Shown here: piece after piece, positions 15,013 to 25,756 of the stretch
How the letters are laid out: each line of letters starts with the position of its first letter
Position numbering within the stretch: the first letter of the stretch is position 1
DNA from: Convolutriloba macropyga
Lineage: Eukaryota
Direction of reading: 5' to 3'
Assembly (NCBI RefSeq): GCF_964194025.1
Contig: NC_134477.1
Location: 50,344,001 to 50,408,000, forward strand
Length of the DNA stretch: 64,000 nt
Translations under genes and position numbers: made by a program
The notes under the pieces: generated by a model
The model's input: the letters and a program-made list of their open reading frames with translations, nothing else
The model's database searches: none
What the model was told of the DNA's origin: nothing

Positions 15013-16302
15013 ATAAATAAATAATCAACAAGATGGCTCGCGCGAGACTGTGCAGCACAGAATGTTCCAACATGCGTCGACTTTGACAAAAACTTTATTC
15101 TGAGTCGAAGAGACCTTCAACAAAATCAAGCACTTCGAACGTCCGCTCAGCAGCCTTGATCCGGGCTTTTTTTTGAAAAAATGACTTATTCAGAACCCTC
15201 ATGTTGATTTAATTTAACAGTAGCGTTGTCCAATTATTTTGCAATGAAAAAGTGGAATTTTTGCAATTCATTTAGTTTGCAATTTTCACAAAAGTGCAAT
15301 TTTGCAATTTTTGCAAAATTTATTTTGCAATTTTCACAAAGTTCAAAGACCAACAACAAAGGATTTTTAGTTAACGAAAAAATGAAATCTAAAATTGGAC
15401 TCAAATAATGTGCAAAGTTGTCGTTTTGGCAAGATGTTAATTTATAATTTGTGTGTCCTATATTAGCACAACTTCGAATCAAAGTAAAACAAGCCGAGAT
15501 TTTTTCTCTTTGTAAGGTTAAAATTGCACAAAGTACTTTTTCAAAAAACATTTTCCTACATGAAAAAAATTAACTTTTCGTTTATCAATTAACTCACACT
15601 CGTGGATTGTGGTGTATGTGATGTATGTGTATGGTGGCTCCATGATTCAATCAATTTTTGATCAATTGAAAGTCATCAGATAAGAAACACGGTGAAGTGT
15701 TTAAAAAAATAAAGTTGAATAACTCCTTGGTTTTTACTATGTTGTTAAAAAATTTCGATATGTGATAAATTAAAATAACTCTGAAATGGAACTTAAATAC
15801 GCGGAGAACATGATTCATGAAAGTAATTTGCAACAAAAAAGAAAATTTAGACTAACAAAGATAGAATTTGCTGAAGTCAAAACATGAAATAGAAAAGTTT
15901 CTTTCACCAAGTTATTGTTCCTGTTAAAATGGTTTCCAATGACACCTAAAAAACTTCACTAATTTTGATTTCAAACGAAGGATTGCAAAAAGTGGTTAGT
16001 TACTAAGAAAATTAGGATTTAATTAAAAAAAACCCTGATTGGAGCAATTTATACGCCTTCACAAAAAACAATTTTGTCAAACAAGGTCATATATTCAATT
16101 TTGTCAACAATGTCATGCAAATTTAGAAAATCACCCAGACACAAACGCAAATCTTTAATCGTACAAAAACAACTGACGAATATCAGACTCTCAATTTTCT
16201 TGCAGCCCTCTTCTGCACAGGGGAGTAAACGTATCGGCAAATAAGCTCACTAAAGGGTTTCGAACAAAGTGCTTTAAGGTTATAAAGGTCACCCGAAGGA
16301 CT

Positions 16303-16468
16303 TGTTGCGGATGCAACTTCAAGATGGCTAAATATGGAAGTTAAGATGATTTGCCGCAAAAAACTTGACTTTATGTCCCACATTGCTGGCTGTCAGTTAC
16401 CAAAAAAAACATGGAAACAAAACACCTGAATTTGACTTTTTCAATGCTAGAAATATGTTTTTACTACA
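16303..16468 (+). repeat. 5' LTR
   Basis: tgttgcggatgc...tttttactaca; identical by eye to 25591-25756. Confidence 0.95.
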
Positions 16469-16914
16469 TATTAATGGTAACTAACCGACATTCAACCTTC
16501 TGATGTTACAATTACATACGCTAACGATTACTTGGTTGTGACAAGAGCAGACAATGATGCATGGATTTTTTACTGGAATCAGATGTCATCAAGGACAATT
16601 TTTTTTGGAAGTTGGGTTTCAGACGTCACCCCTACAAGATGTTCTAGTTTTTTTACTGGTTTCAGACGTCACCAGCAGAAGTCCGCCCGAGGTCTCAGAC
16701 GCCACCTCTGATGTCCTGTTCCCCGGTTAGATCGAGCCAAAAATCTTTAATTTTTTCGACAAAAAGCCACCAAAAAATTGAAATTTGTCCCCCAAAAACC
16801 TGTTTTCTGTTAATATAGCACCTCGATGGATAAACTGTGACTAATTTTATTATTTTAATAGCAAGTAAAAACAATTTAACTACTTTGAAAGAAAAATTTG
16901 GTGAGAAAAAGGCC

Positions 16915-18300
16915 AAAAGTCAGAAAAATGGTCGCAAAATCAGAAAAATAAAAAAACCCATTTCGATTTTCTGATTGCATTTTCTAATGAAATACCAAAA
17001 AAGCCTTCGAACTATTTTTTTTGAGCTAGTTTTCAAATAGCGAGAAGGCCATTCTAGTCGATATATCATACTGGAGTCTCAAAAACGAGAATTGTCAGAA
17101 AGTTTTTTCTGAAACCAGAAAAATCAAAAAACCCATTTTGATTTTCTGACCCCCTATCTTATTGATTCACAAAATAAACTCTTAAACTATCTTTGTGAGT
17201 TAGTTTAGCAGTAGCCAGAAAGCTATTTTGGTCGATATAGCATACTGAGTCATCAAAAACGAGAATTGTCAGAAAATTTTTACTGAAATCAGAAAAATCA
17301 AAAAACCCATTTTGATTTTCTGACCCCCTATCTTATTGATTCACAAAATAAACTCTTAAACTATCTTTGTGAGTTAGTTTAGCAGTAGCCAGAAAGCTAT
17401 TTTGGTCGATATAGCATACTGAGTCATCAAAAACGAGAATTGTCAGAAAATTTTTACTGAAATCAGAAAAATCAAAAAACCCATTTTGATTTTCTGACCC
17501 CCTATCTTATTGATTCACAAAATAAACTCTTAAACTATCTTTGTGAGTTAGTTTAGAAGTAGCCAGAAAGCTATTTTGGTCGATATAGCATACTGAGTCA
17601 TCAAAAACGAGAATTGTCAGAAAATTTTTATTGAAATCAGAAAAATCAAAAAACCCATTTTGATTTTCTGACCCCCCTATCTTATTGATTCACAAAATAA
17701 ACTCTTAAACTATCTTTGTGAGTTAGTTTAGCAGTGGCCAGAAAGCTATTTTGTTCGATATAGCATACTGAGTCATCAAAAACGAGAACTGTCAGAAAAT
17801 TTTTACTGAAATCAGAAAAATCAAAAAACCCATTTTGACTTTCTGACCCCCTATCTTATTGATTCACAAAATAAACACTTAAACTATCTTTGTGAGTTAG
17901 TTTAGCAGTAGCCAGAAAGCTATTTTGGTCGATATAGCAAACTGAGTCATCAAAAACGAGAATTGTCAGAAAATTTCTGAAATCAGAAAAATCAAAAAAC
18001 CCATTTTGATTTTCTGACCCCCTATCTTATTGATTCACAAAATAAACTCTTAAACTATTTTTGTGAGTTATTTTTACAGTAGCCAGAAAGCTATTTTGGT
18101 CGATATAGTATACTGAGTCATCAAAAACGAGAATTGTCAGAAAATTTTTCTGAAATCAGAAAAATCAAAGAACCCATTTCAATTTTCTGACCCCCATACC
18201 CTATTAATTCACAAAATAAGCTCTTAAACTATCTTTGTGAGATAGTTTTGCAGTAGCCAGAAAGTTAATTTAGTCGATATAGTACACTGGGATCTCATAA
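16915..18300. repeat. ~174-bp tandem repeat (~8 copies) in the Bel 5' leader
   Basis: gagaa(t/c)tgtcaga recurs at about 17087, 17261, 17435, 17609, 17784, 17958 and 18129. Confidence 0.92.
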
Positions 18301-19525
18301 AAAAAAAACAAGAAAGATCAGGAATTTTTAAAATTTTTTCTGAAGCCAAAAAAAAAAACCTAAATTGTAAATCAAACAGTCTAACTCATTTTTTGAGTAA
18401 GATTTTGAAACTGTCTAAATTTTTCTTTTCGAATATATTATATTCGGAGTCTGGAATCAATAATAGTTACAGAAAAAAGTTCGAAACAGGTTTCTTCAAA
18501 AATAGAAAACTCTTATTACAAAATCCCAAGAACACCTCCGATAAAGAAAGCAAAAAACACATAAAACAATTTCCCAGCTAGAACAAAGTGCTGATTTTTC
18601 GAAAGATTTGCAAAACGATATATATAAAATATAGCCTTCAGCAAAAAAAAAGAAAAAAAAAGAAACAAACTCAAAAAGTTTTCCCCTGTTAACTTTAAGA
18701 ACCGTTTATTTTTTTTCCTTGTCCGCGGTCACAAACGTCACCGAGAAGAAGTCCCTATTCCCCTGCTGGTCTCAGTAGTCACCAATCAAAAGAACAAATT
18801 TTCCACGCTTCCAGTAGTTACCGAGAAGAAATCGATAATTTTTACTGGTTTCAGAAGTCACCATTGTAAAATGAGAAGCCTTTTCTCTTTGGTATCAGTA
18901 GTCACCCCATTTAGAAGATTTCTATTATTTCAAGAAGAGCAAAACATCTCTCAAGAACCTCAAGCAGTTCTACACAGTAAAGTCCTTAGTGGGTTTTCCT
19001 AAATCAACACAGAGACAACTCAACAACCAACGTTTTTTCTTGTAACCCTCATTGCCTAGTCGCTCCGCAAAAAAAAAAAAAGAAAAAAAAATTATATATA
19101 TTTTTTTTCAGCAACCTCCTTTTGGATTTCTCGTAAAAGTAAAACAGTAGAACTAATTGTTTTTGCTTACATTCAGGGAGAAAGCACAAACTAAAGTTTA
19201 CAGTCATTGTCCGAAGAAAAAAAAACTATTTGAAAACAAAAAAGAAAATCTATTCGTAGCAGTTATTTGGTCCTGAAAAAAAAGACGATAAACGATCGAA
19301 CGACTTTTTTTTCTTTTTTAGCAAATAAAATCTAATATAATTAGCATCACCACAACCTTAAGATTCTTGTTTTTGAAAAAATTTGCGTCGCTGAACTTTC
19401 ATAGGAAATTTTTGGCTGATTAGCCAAATTAGATTTTGAAATCAAAAGTTCGTCGCTTCGGTTTTTCGCCGTTTTCATTTTAACCTGAAAGACAACCATA
19501 AGAACAACAACAACAGAGATCAAAG

Positions 19526-22500
19526 ATGTCGCAAAGGAACAACGACGAGTGTCAGTTTGCAGTAAACATGTTTAAATCAACGGAAAGTTCTTTGAAAAGC
19601 CAGCTTGATTTGTTACAGAAGGCAATAGACGATAGAAAGAGCTTCCGATCATTAAATCTAGTGATAAGCAGAGACAAAACGCTGCAAACAGAATTGGACA
19701 AGAAGACAGAAGCAGTGTTGAGGGCGAAGCCTCACCAGAGTACAGCAACTTCGATTCTCGACAGACAGAAAGCCTTAACATCCAGACTGCAGCAATACGA
19801 ACTGGAAGTTGACACATTGGACGATGATGGTCTGTTAAGCCAGTCCTCAACAAGATTTCGCGAAGACGTCACAATTCCCTCTCGCCCAAGCAGCCGACGT
19901 CTGGATTCAGAACGATCAACACCAACACGCAATGTTATCACTGAAGAAAGATTTGTCGAGCAAGCAGCCAGTTCACAACCGAACGACACAACAGTCATCC
20001 TTAATCCACCGCCCATTCCTCCAAGACCAGTCAAGCCATCACTATTCCTGGACAACCAGCAAATCCAGGATCCTCTTATTAGCCATTTGATAAATCAACA
20101 ACAAAATTTCCATCAACAGAACAGAAACCAGTTTGTTGACTCCAACTCAACACATCATGCTAGTCATTATCATCCAACGGCATCAAACACCCTAGAACAA
20201 CCCAATGCTAATCATCAGCAAGAAACCTTAATTTTGCCGCCTCTCAACATGTCAAACTTGGATCATCAGTTGAACCAAGAACCCAATTTCCTAACGGCAA
20301 AGGATTTAGAATTCAGCGGTTCTCAATCCAAACAAAAGCAGTTTGTTAACCGTTTCAGTTTATCTTTGACCCCTGAAAGTCAGAGAGGCTTCCGAAGCGT
20401 CAACGTACCTTGTCCAACCCTTCAAGATGAAGGCGGAAACCCATTCCTTGGCAAAGCAATTATTGACAAGCCTCTTAATCATGGACCTGAATACGTGACA
20501 ATAGATCATAACCCTCACTCATCTAAACAAAACTACGTTCAGCCTATGCATTATTGTTTCACAAACAATCTACAACCAACAACAGCTGCAAACGTAGTTT
20601 CGGATGTCCAGAGCTATTGTTTTTCAAAAGAACAAGATGTTCAACTCAAACCTCAAAAGCCTGAAAACAGTTTTGTGCAACGTGTCAGTTCTTTCAACAT
20701 CGGTCCCAATGATCCTGTAAAAAACACAACCTTGACAAACAGCTTCCCAATTCAGGGTTTAGCAGTTCAAAGGCCTCCTGTTTACCCATCTACTACCCCA
20801 GCGCAAGCAAACATCCAGTCAGTGCAGAGCGATCTACAACTTCTTACAACGCATTCCACAACCTCTCAAGAAGCGAACAAACCAGTCCATAGCTTCAATC
20901 CGGCTACTCAAACCAGTATGGTGGACATTGGTCAGAACAACGCAAACGCTTATTTATCATATCCTTTACCCATCAAGAACATGGCAGCTGAACCCGCTGT
21001 AAATCAAAGTCATTCAAACGACGAAATTTCGCAGTTGCGGCCTCCCCCTCTACCTAATCTTTATCCAACTAACACCTTGCCAACTTCAAGCGTAAGGCAA
21101 CATCAGGCTCCAGTGTTTGCTACAGCTGGACAATTTGTCCCCTCAATGACCAATAGTGAACTTCAGCCAACATCTGTCGACCTAAAATGCTCGATCAAAT
21201 TGCCGCCATTAAAACTGCAAAATTTTAATGGTAACCCCATGCACTATCACGAGTGGATAAATAATTTTTTCTCAATGGTTCACAATAACATTTCAATTAC
21301 TGACACTCACAGAATAACCTACCTACAGAATTCAGTGTCGGGTAAGGCAAAGGATCTGATACATGCTTACTCTTGTGATCCATCCTATTATAATACAGCC
21401 CTCAACGAGATAATGAGCCGCTTTGGCGACCCTTCAGTTGTTGTCAACGCTTTTATCAACCAATTAGAGAGCTGGAAATGTAACAGTTCTTACAACAAGC
21501 AATCCTTCATAGCATTCTCTTCATTTCTAAAGAGACTTGTCCAGGCTTTTCAGAACCTAGGTTTTCAAGCCGACCTTCAATCGTCTACATTAATGAGGAA
21601 AGCGAAGGAAAAAATTCCCCACAACTTGCTTCTTAAATGGTCTGAATACACCCTGACAGAGAATGTTACAACAACTACCCTTGTTGAGTTTCAAAAATGG
21701 CTTGATGTTCAAGCAAGGGTTTATGACAAAGTAAACCAGGAAAATAGAACCAGTACCTTCACTCACAACAAAAACGGTAATTATCCTGCTGTGACAGCAC
21801 AACAATCGGTTCAAGAACAGTTTAAGCAAACAACTGCAAAACAGTCTCAAAGGAACGATTTAGATCAAGGAAAGGTTAATCACAACGGCTCGAAAAATGA
21901 GCAACAGTTTGCAAACAAGCACACAAATTGTGTTCAATGTCACAAACCGCATTTTGTTGCAACTTGTTCAGACTACCATAAATTGTCCCCTGAAGGTCGA
22001 TTTCAAACTATCCAGAAAAATAGCTTGTGTACAAACTGTTTAAGTAATCAACATCGCAGAGACACTTGTCCCTCCTCGAAGCGTTGTCAAGTGTGTAATG
22101 GTTTTCACCATACAACACTACATAATCCAGCTAAACAATTCAGCAGAACACATGCCGCTTTTACTACCAGCAACGTTCAACAGCAAACTAAAACCTCAGG
22201 TCAACAAAATTGGTCATCGAAAGACGACAACAACTCACAAACGCAAAAAAGTATTGAAGCAACTCAGAATAAAATAACACAATTCAAACCCAAAAGCAAT
22301 CTCAGGTATGGAAAAAATTTTGGAAATAATAATAATCAACAGTTATCGAAACGTGCGAATTTGAATGGACCTTCTACCAGCCAAAATTTCAATGTCAACA
22401 AATTATCCAGTACACCGAAATATTGGTTTGAGCAGTTACAGCTGCTGCCAGTATCCTTTATCAAAGAAGATAAAGTATTCGACACGTATGCTCTCATTGA

Positions 22501-24022
22501 CCCCGGCAGTCAGTTTACGCTTTTATTAGATGCTGTCTCTGACTACCTGGAACTCCCACGCGAATATCAATCTTCAACTACTGTTCAATATCTAAGCGTT
22601 GATTACGAAACGCCCCTATCAAAAATAAAGCAACCAATAACAGTTTGCCCTTTCAATCAGTTTGATGAAAAGTTCCAAATATCCAGAGCCTACAGCACCC
22701 CTACATTAAACGTTAATGCAGCCAATGTCACTGAGCTAAACTATGTTTGCGATGCATTCAATGAACTTCGACACATATATTTCCCAGACATTGCCGAAGG
22801 TAAGATTGGAGCACTCCTTGGTGTCAATGCTTTTGCCTTTACGCATCCTACTGAAGTAATTCAAGGCACCGAAATCCGCCCCTTCGGAGTAAAGACAAAG
22901 CTTGGATGGACACTTGCAGGAGAGTACCTGAACACACTAGGAAACCGCTCTTCAAAATCTTCTAATAAATCGAAAGTATTTGTATACCATGTCTGTCGGA
23001 AAAGTCCAGAACAACCCTTGGACAATTTGATACAAGAATTTTGGTCAATAGAGAACGATGGTACCAGAAAACAAGATAATACTATCACTGAAGATGAAAA
23101 GTCTGCCATTCGAATACTTGAGAGTACTATCAACCACACAGGGGAAAGGTATGAAATAGGTCTTCCATGGAAAGTACCTGCCAATCTTCAAAATAACTAT
23201 TTTTCTGCCCTCAATCAGCTAAACAGTTTGAACAAACGACTTAAAAATGATCCAAAACTAAGTGATATGTACCAACAGACTCTTGTCACAGATCTCGAGA
23301 AAAGTTACGTCAAGCCAGTGGAAATGACAGACCCACCCCCTGAGAAAATATGGTACTTGCCGCATCACCCTGTTCAAAGCGCAAACAAACCAAACAAAGT
23401 GCGTCGTGTCGCCAATGCAGCGTCAAAATTCAAAGGCGAGTCACTAAATTCCAATCTTCTAACAGGACCAGACCTCTTAAACAGTCTAATAGGAATTTTG
23501 GTCAGATTTCGTGAAAAACCTATTGCTATTTTGGCAGACATTGAAGGAATGTTCATGCAAATCGGCATCCGAAATGAAGATCAATCTGCGCTACGTTTCC
23601 TATGGTCTATTGACAACGATGTGCGACAGTTTCAATTCACCAGATTGATTTTCGGTGCAACTTGCTCACCATCTTGTGCAATTTTTGTCTTAAACAGATG
23701 CGCAGAGGACAACGTCGAGACATATCCAAAAGCACAGAGCGCTATAAAGTCTTATTTTTATATGGATGATTACATCCAGTCCTTCGACTCTCCTGAAAAT
23801 GCCAACGCGACTGCATTTGAAGTAAAGAACTGCCTGCGAGCCGGTGGTTTCCGCCTCACAAAATTCCTGTCAAATCATCAACAGGCTCTTCAGTGTATTA
23901 CTCCAGAAGACCTCGAGGAGCCCAAGAGTGAAACAAGAGTCCTCGGACAAAAATGGAACCTTGAAAAAGATACATTTTTCATGAAATCCCTAGGAGAACT
24001 CCCTAAAGAAGCTGAACAATAA
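19526..24022 (+). CDS. Bel/Pao gag-protease-RT polyprotein (1498 aa, ends at a premature TAA)
   Basis: DUF1759-like gag (LPPLKLQNFNG), three Zn knuckles (CVQCHKPHFVATC, CTNCLSNQHRRDTC, CQVCNGFHHTTLH), protease ALIDPGS, RT WYLPHHPV...YMDD. Confidence 0.9.
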   Translation: MSQRNNDECQFAVNMFKSTESSLKSQLDLLQKAIDDRKSFRSLNLVISRDKTLQTELDKKTEAVLRAKPHQSTATSILDRQKALTSRLQQYELEVDTLDDDGLLSQSSTRFREDVTIPSRPSSRRLDSERSTPTRNVITEERFVEQAASSQPNDTTVILNPPPIPPRPVKPSLFLDNQQIQDPLISHLINQQQNFHQQNRNQFVDSNSTHHASHYHPTASNTLEQPNANHQQETLILPPLNMSNLDHQLNQEPNFLTAKDLEFSGSQSKQKQFVNRFSLSLTPESQRGFRSVNVPCPTLQDEGGNPFLGKAIIDKPLNHGPEYVTIDHNPHSSKQNYVQPMHYCFTNNLQPTTAANVVSDVQSYCFSKEQDVQLKPQKPENSFVQRVSSFNIGPNDPVKNTTLTNSFPIQGLAVQRPPVYPSTTPAQANIQSVQSDLQLLTTHSTTSQEANKPVHSFNPATQTSMVDIGQNNANAYLSYPLPIKNMAAEPAVNQSHSNDEISQLRPPPLPNLYPTNTLPTSSVRQHQAPVFATAGQFVPSMTNSELQPTSVDLKCSIKLPPLKLQNFNGNPMHYHEWINNFFSMVHNNISITDTHRITYLQNSVSGKAKDLIHAYSCDPSYYNTALNEIMSRFGDPSVVVNAFINQLESWKCNSSYNKQSFIAFSSFLKRLVQAFQNLGFQADLQSSTLMRKAKEKIPHNLLLKWSEYTLTENVTTTTLVEFQKWLDVQARVYDKVNQENRTSTFTHNKNGNYPAVTAQQSVQEQFKQTTAKQSQRNDLDQGKVNHNGSKNEQQFANKHTNCVQCHKPHFVATCSDYHKLSPEGRFQTIQKNSLCTNCLSNQHRRDTCPSSKRCQVCNGFHHTTLHNPAKQFSRTHAAFTTSNVQQQTKTSGQQNWSSKDDNNSQTQKSIEATQNKITQFKPKSNLRYGKNFGNNNNQQLSKRANLNGPSTSQNFNVNKLSSTPKYWFEQLQLLPVSFIKEDKVFDTYALIDPGSQFTLLLDAVSDYLELPREYQSSTTVQYLSVDYETPLSKIKQPITVCPFNQFDEKFQISRAYSTPTLNVNAANVTELNYVCDAFNELRHIYFPDIAEGKIGALLGVNAFAFTHPTEVIQGTEIRPFGVKTKLGWTLAGEYLNTLGNRSSKSSNKSKVFVYHVCRKSPEQPLDNLIQEFWSIENDGTRKQDNTITEDEKSAIRILESTINHTGERYEIGLPWKVPANLQNNYFSALNQLNSLNKRLKNDPKLSDMYQQTLVTDLEKSYVKPVEMTDPPPEKIWYLPHHPVQSANKPNKVRRVANAASKFKGESLNSNLLTGPDLLNSLIGILVRFREKPIAILADIEGMFMQIGIRNEDQSALRFLWSIDNDVRQFQFTRLIFGATCSPSCAIFVLNRCAEDNVETYPKAQSAIKSYFYMDDYIQSFDSPENANATAFEVKNCLRAGGFRLTKFLSNHQQALQCITPEDLEEPKSETRVLGQKWNLEKDTFFMKSLGELPKEAEQ

Positions 24023-25425
24023 ACTCAACGGAAACTTTTCAGTCTGGTGTCATCGATTTTTGACCCAATTGGGTTTCTTGGCCCAATGACAATAAAGTTC
24101 AAAATTCTTCTTCAGCAGCTTTGGAAGTTAGGTAGAAAATGGGACGAGCCACTCCCAATTGAACTTCTACATCCCTTACAAAAGCTCCTTAACAGTTATC
24201 ACTCTATGCCTCAACTTGAAATTCCACGACAGATGACAACACAGAATCTACTGGAGACAGAGAACCAGTTGCATGTTTTTGTTGATGCATCGATTGTTGC
24301 AACGTGTGCTGTTGTCTACCTCAGGAGCTTGAATAAGACCAGCAACGAAGTACAAACTGCATTCGTGATCGGGAAATGCAAAGTAGCGCCCGTAAAACAG
24401 TTGAGCGTTCCAAAGTTGGAACTAGAGGCATCTGTCACAGGTGTTCGACTCCTGAATTTTGTTAGACATGAACTCTCTGTTGAAATCAGCAATGTTTTTT
24501 ATTGGACGGATAGTCAAGTTGTCCTTGACTGGATTGGTTCTTCCAAGAAGCAACCAGTTTTTGTTGCTAATCGCATTGCAGAAATAAAATTAAAAAGCAA
24601 ACCTGACAATTGGAATCATATTGCGACAAACTTAAACCCAGCTGATCATGGTACTCGTGGATTAGAACCCAAGGAAATTGAAGCAAAATGGTTTAAGCTA
24701 CCAGATTTTCTCTCCACAACTGATGTCTTTTGTAGATCTACAAAGCAAATGCCAATTTGTGCTGCAACAACACGATCCGCCTTAAGAACCAAGAAACCAG
24801 TACTCGACCCTAAACAGTTTTCAACATGGACAAAGATTTTGCTAACGATAGCTACTGTTTTCAATCTGATCTACAGAGCGAAAAAACACGGCTGATCCAG
24901 AGTGTCAAGCGGACGCTCCTGATCATTCTAGGGTCAAGAAAGTTTACTTTTGACGTTTTCCACACAATCATGGTTGAAGCAGAAGCTATGATGAACTCCA
25001 GACCACTTACAAACGTGTCGGACGCCATGAAAAACGAAGAACCATTGACGCCAAACCATTTTCTAATTCAGCGTCCTTTCAACTCTCTTCCCCCTGGTAT
25101 CTTCCCGTCAACCAAGCCAGCTAACATGAAGTCTTGGAAGAATGTTCAACAATTCCTCAACCACATCTGGAGGAGACTGGTCCGGGAATACCTACCGACC
25201 TTGATAAAGCGACCAAAATGGACCGAAAACGCCGGGACTTCACTCAAAGTCAACGATGTGGTGTGGATCCTGAAACACTTCACCCCACGTGGTATTTGGC
25301 CTCTGGGAAGAGTAGAAGAAGTGTTTCCTGGACGAGATGGTAACAACAGAGTAGTTAAAGTGAAAACGGCTTACGGCACCTTCGTCCGCCCCGTGTCCGG
25401 TCTCGCCCGTGTTTTCGCTGATTAG
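24023..25425 (+). pseudogene. Remainder of Bel pol: RNase H and internally deleted integrase
   Basis: In frame after the TAA: TQRKLFSLVSSIFDP, LHVFVDAS, LELEA, WTDSQ, NPADHGTRG. At ~24888 it jumps to RLIQSVKR...NSRPL...WPLGRV (integrase C-terminus); the HHCC and first two catalytic Asp regions are absent. Confidence 0.88.
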
Positions 25426-25590
25426 CTTTTTTGTTGATATTTTTCGCGCTCCGGTTTTAGGCAAAGGGGGTTGCATATAATTTTATTCAATTTAAGTTGG
25501 GTTTATGGATTCTAACTGGAATTGGAAACATGTTTATTTGGTGGATTTATTCGTGTTTTACCCTCTTATTCCTGTTGCCCCCGTGGAGCA

Positions 25591-25756
25591 TGTTGCGGAT
25601 GCAACTTCAAGATGGCTAAATATGGAAGTTAAGATGATTTGCCGCAAAAAACTTGACTTTATGTCCCACATTGCTGGCTGTCAGTTACCAAAAAAAACAT
25701 GGAAACAAAACACCTGAATTTGACTTTTTCAATGCTAGAAATATGTTTTTACTACA
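25591..25756 (+). repeat. 3' LTR
   Basis: Copy of 16303-16468. Confidence 0.95.

Larger units (their letters stand above)
16303..25756 (+). mobile_element. Bel/Pao LTR retrotransposon, full-length ends but defective pol
   Basis: 166-bp TG...CA LTRs at both ends, imperfect TSD ggact/ggaca, and gag-PR-RT-RH-INT order with Bel-type motifs. Confidence 0.95.

Noticed and set aside
16915-18910. CRISPR-like appearance of the repeat arrays in the Bel leader
   Set aside because: Eukaryotic context, no cas genes, the 174-bp units have no unique spacers, and the 40-bp motif is degenerate.
24020-24022. Programmed readthrough of the Bel TAA
   Set aside because: The stop lies between RT and RNase H rather than at a gag-pol junction, and downstream integrase is deleted; a point mutation is simpler.
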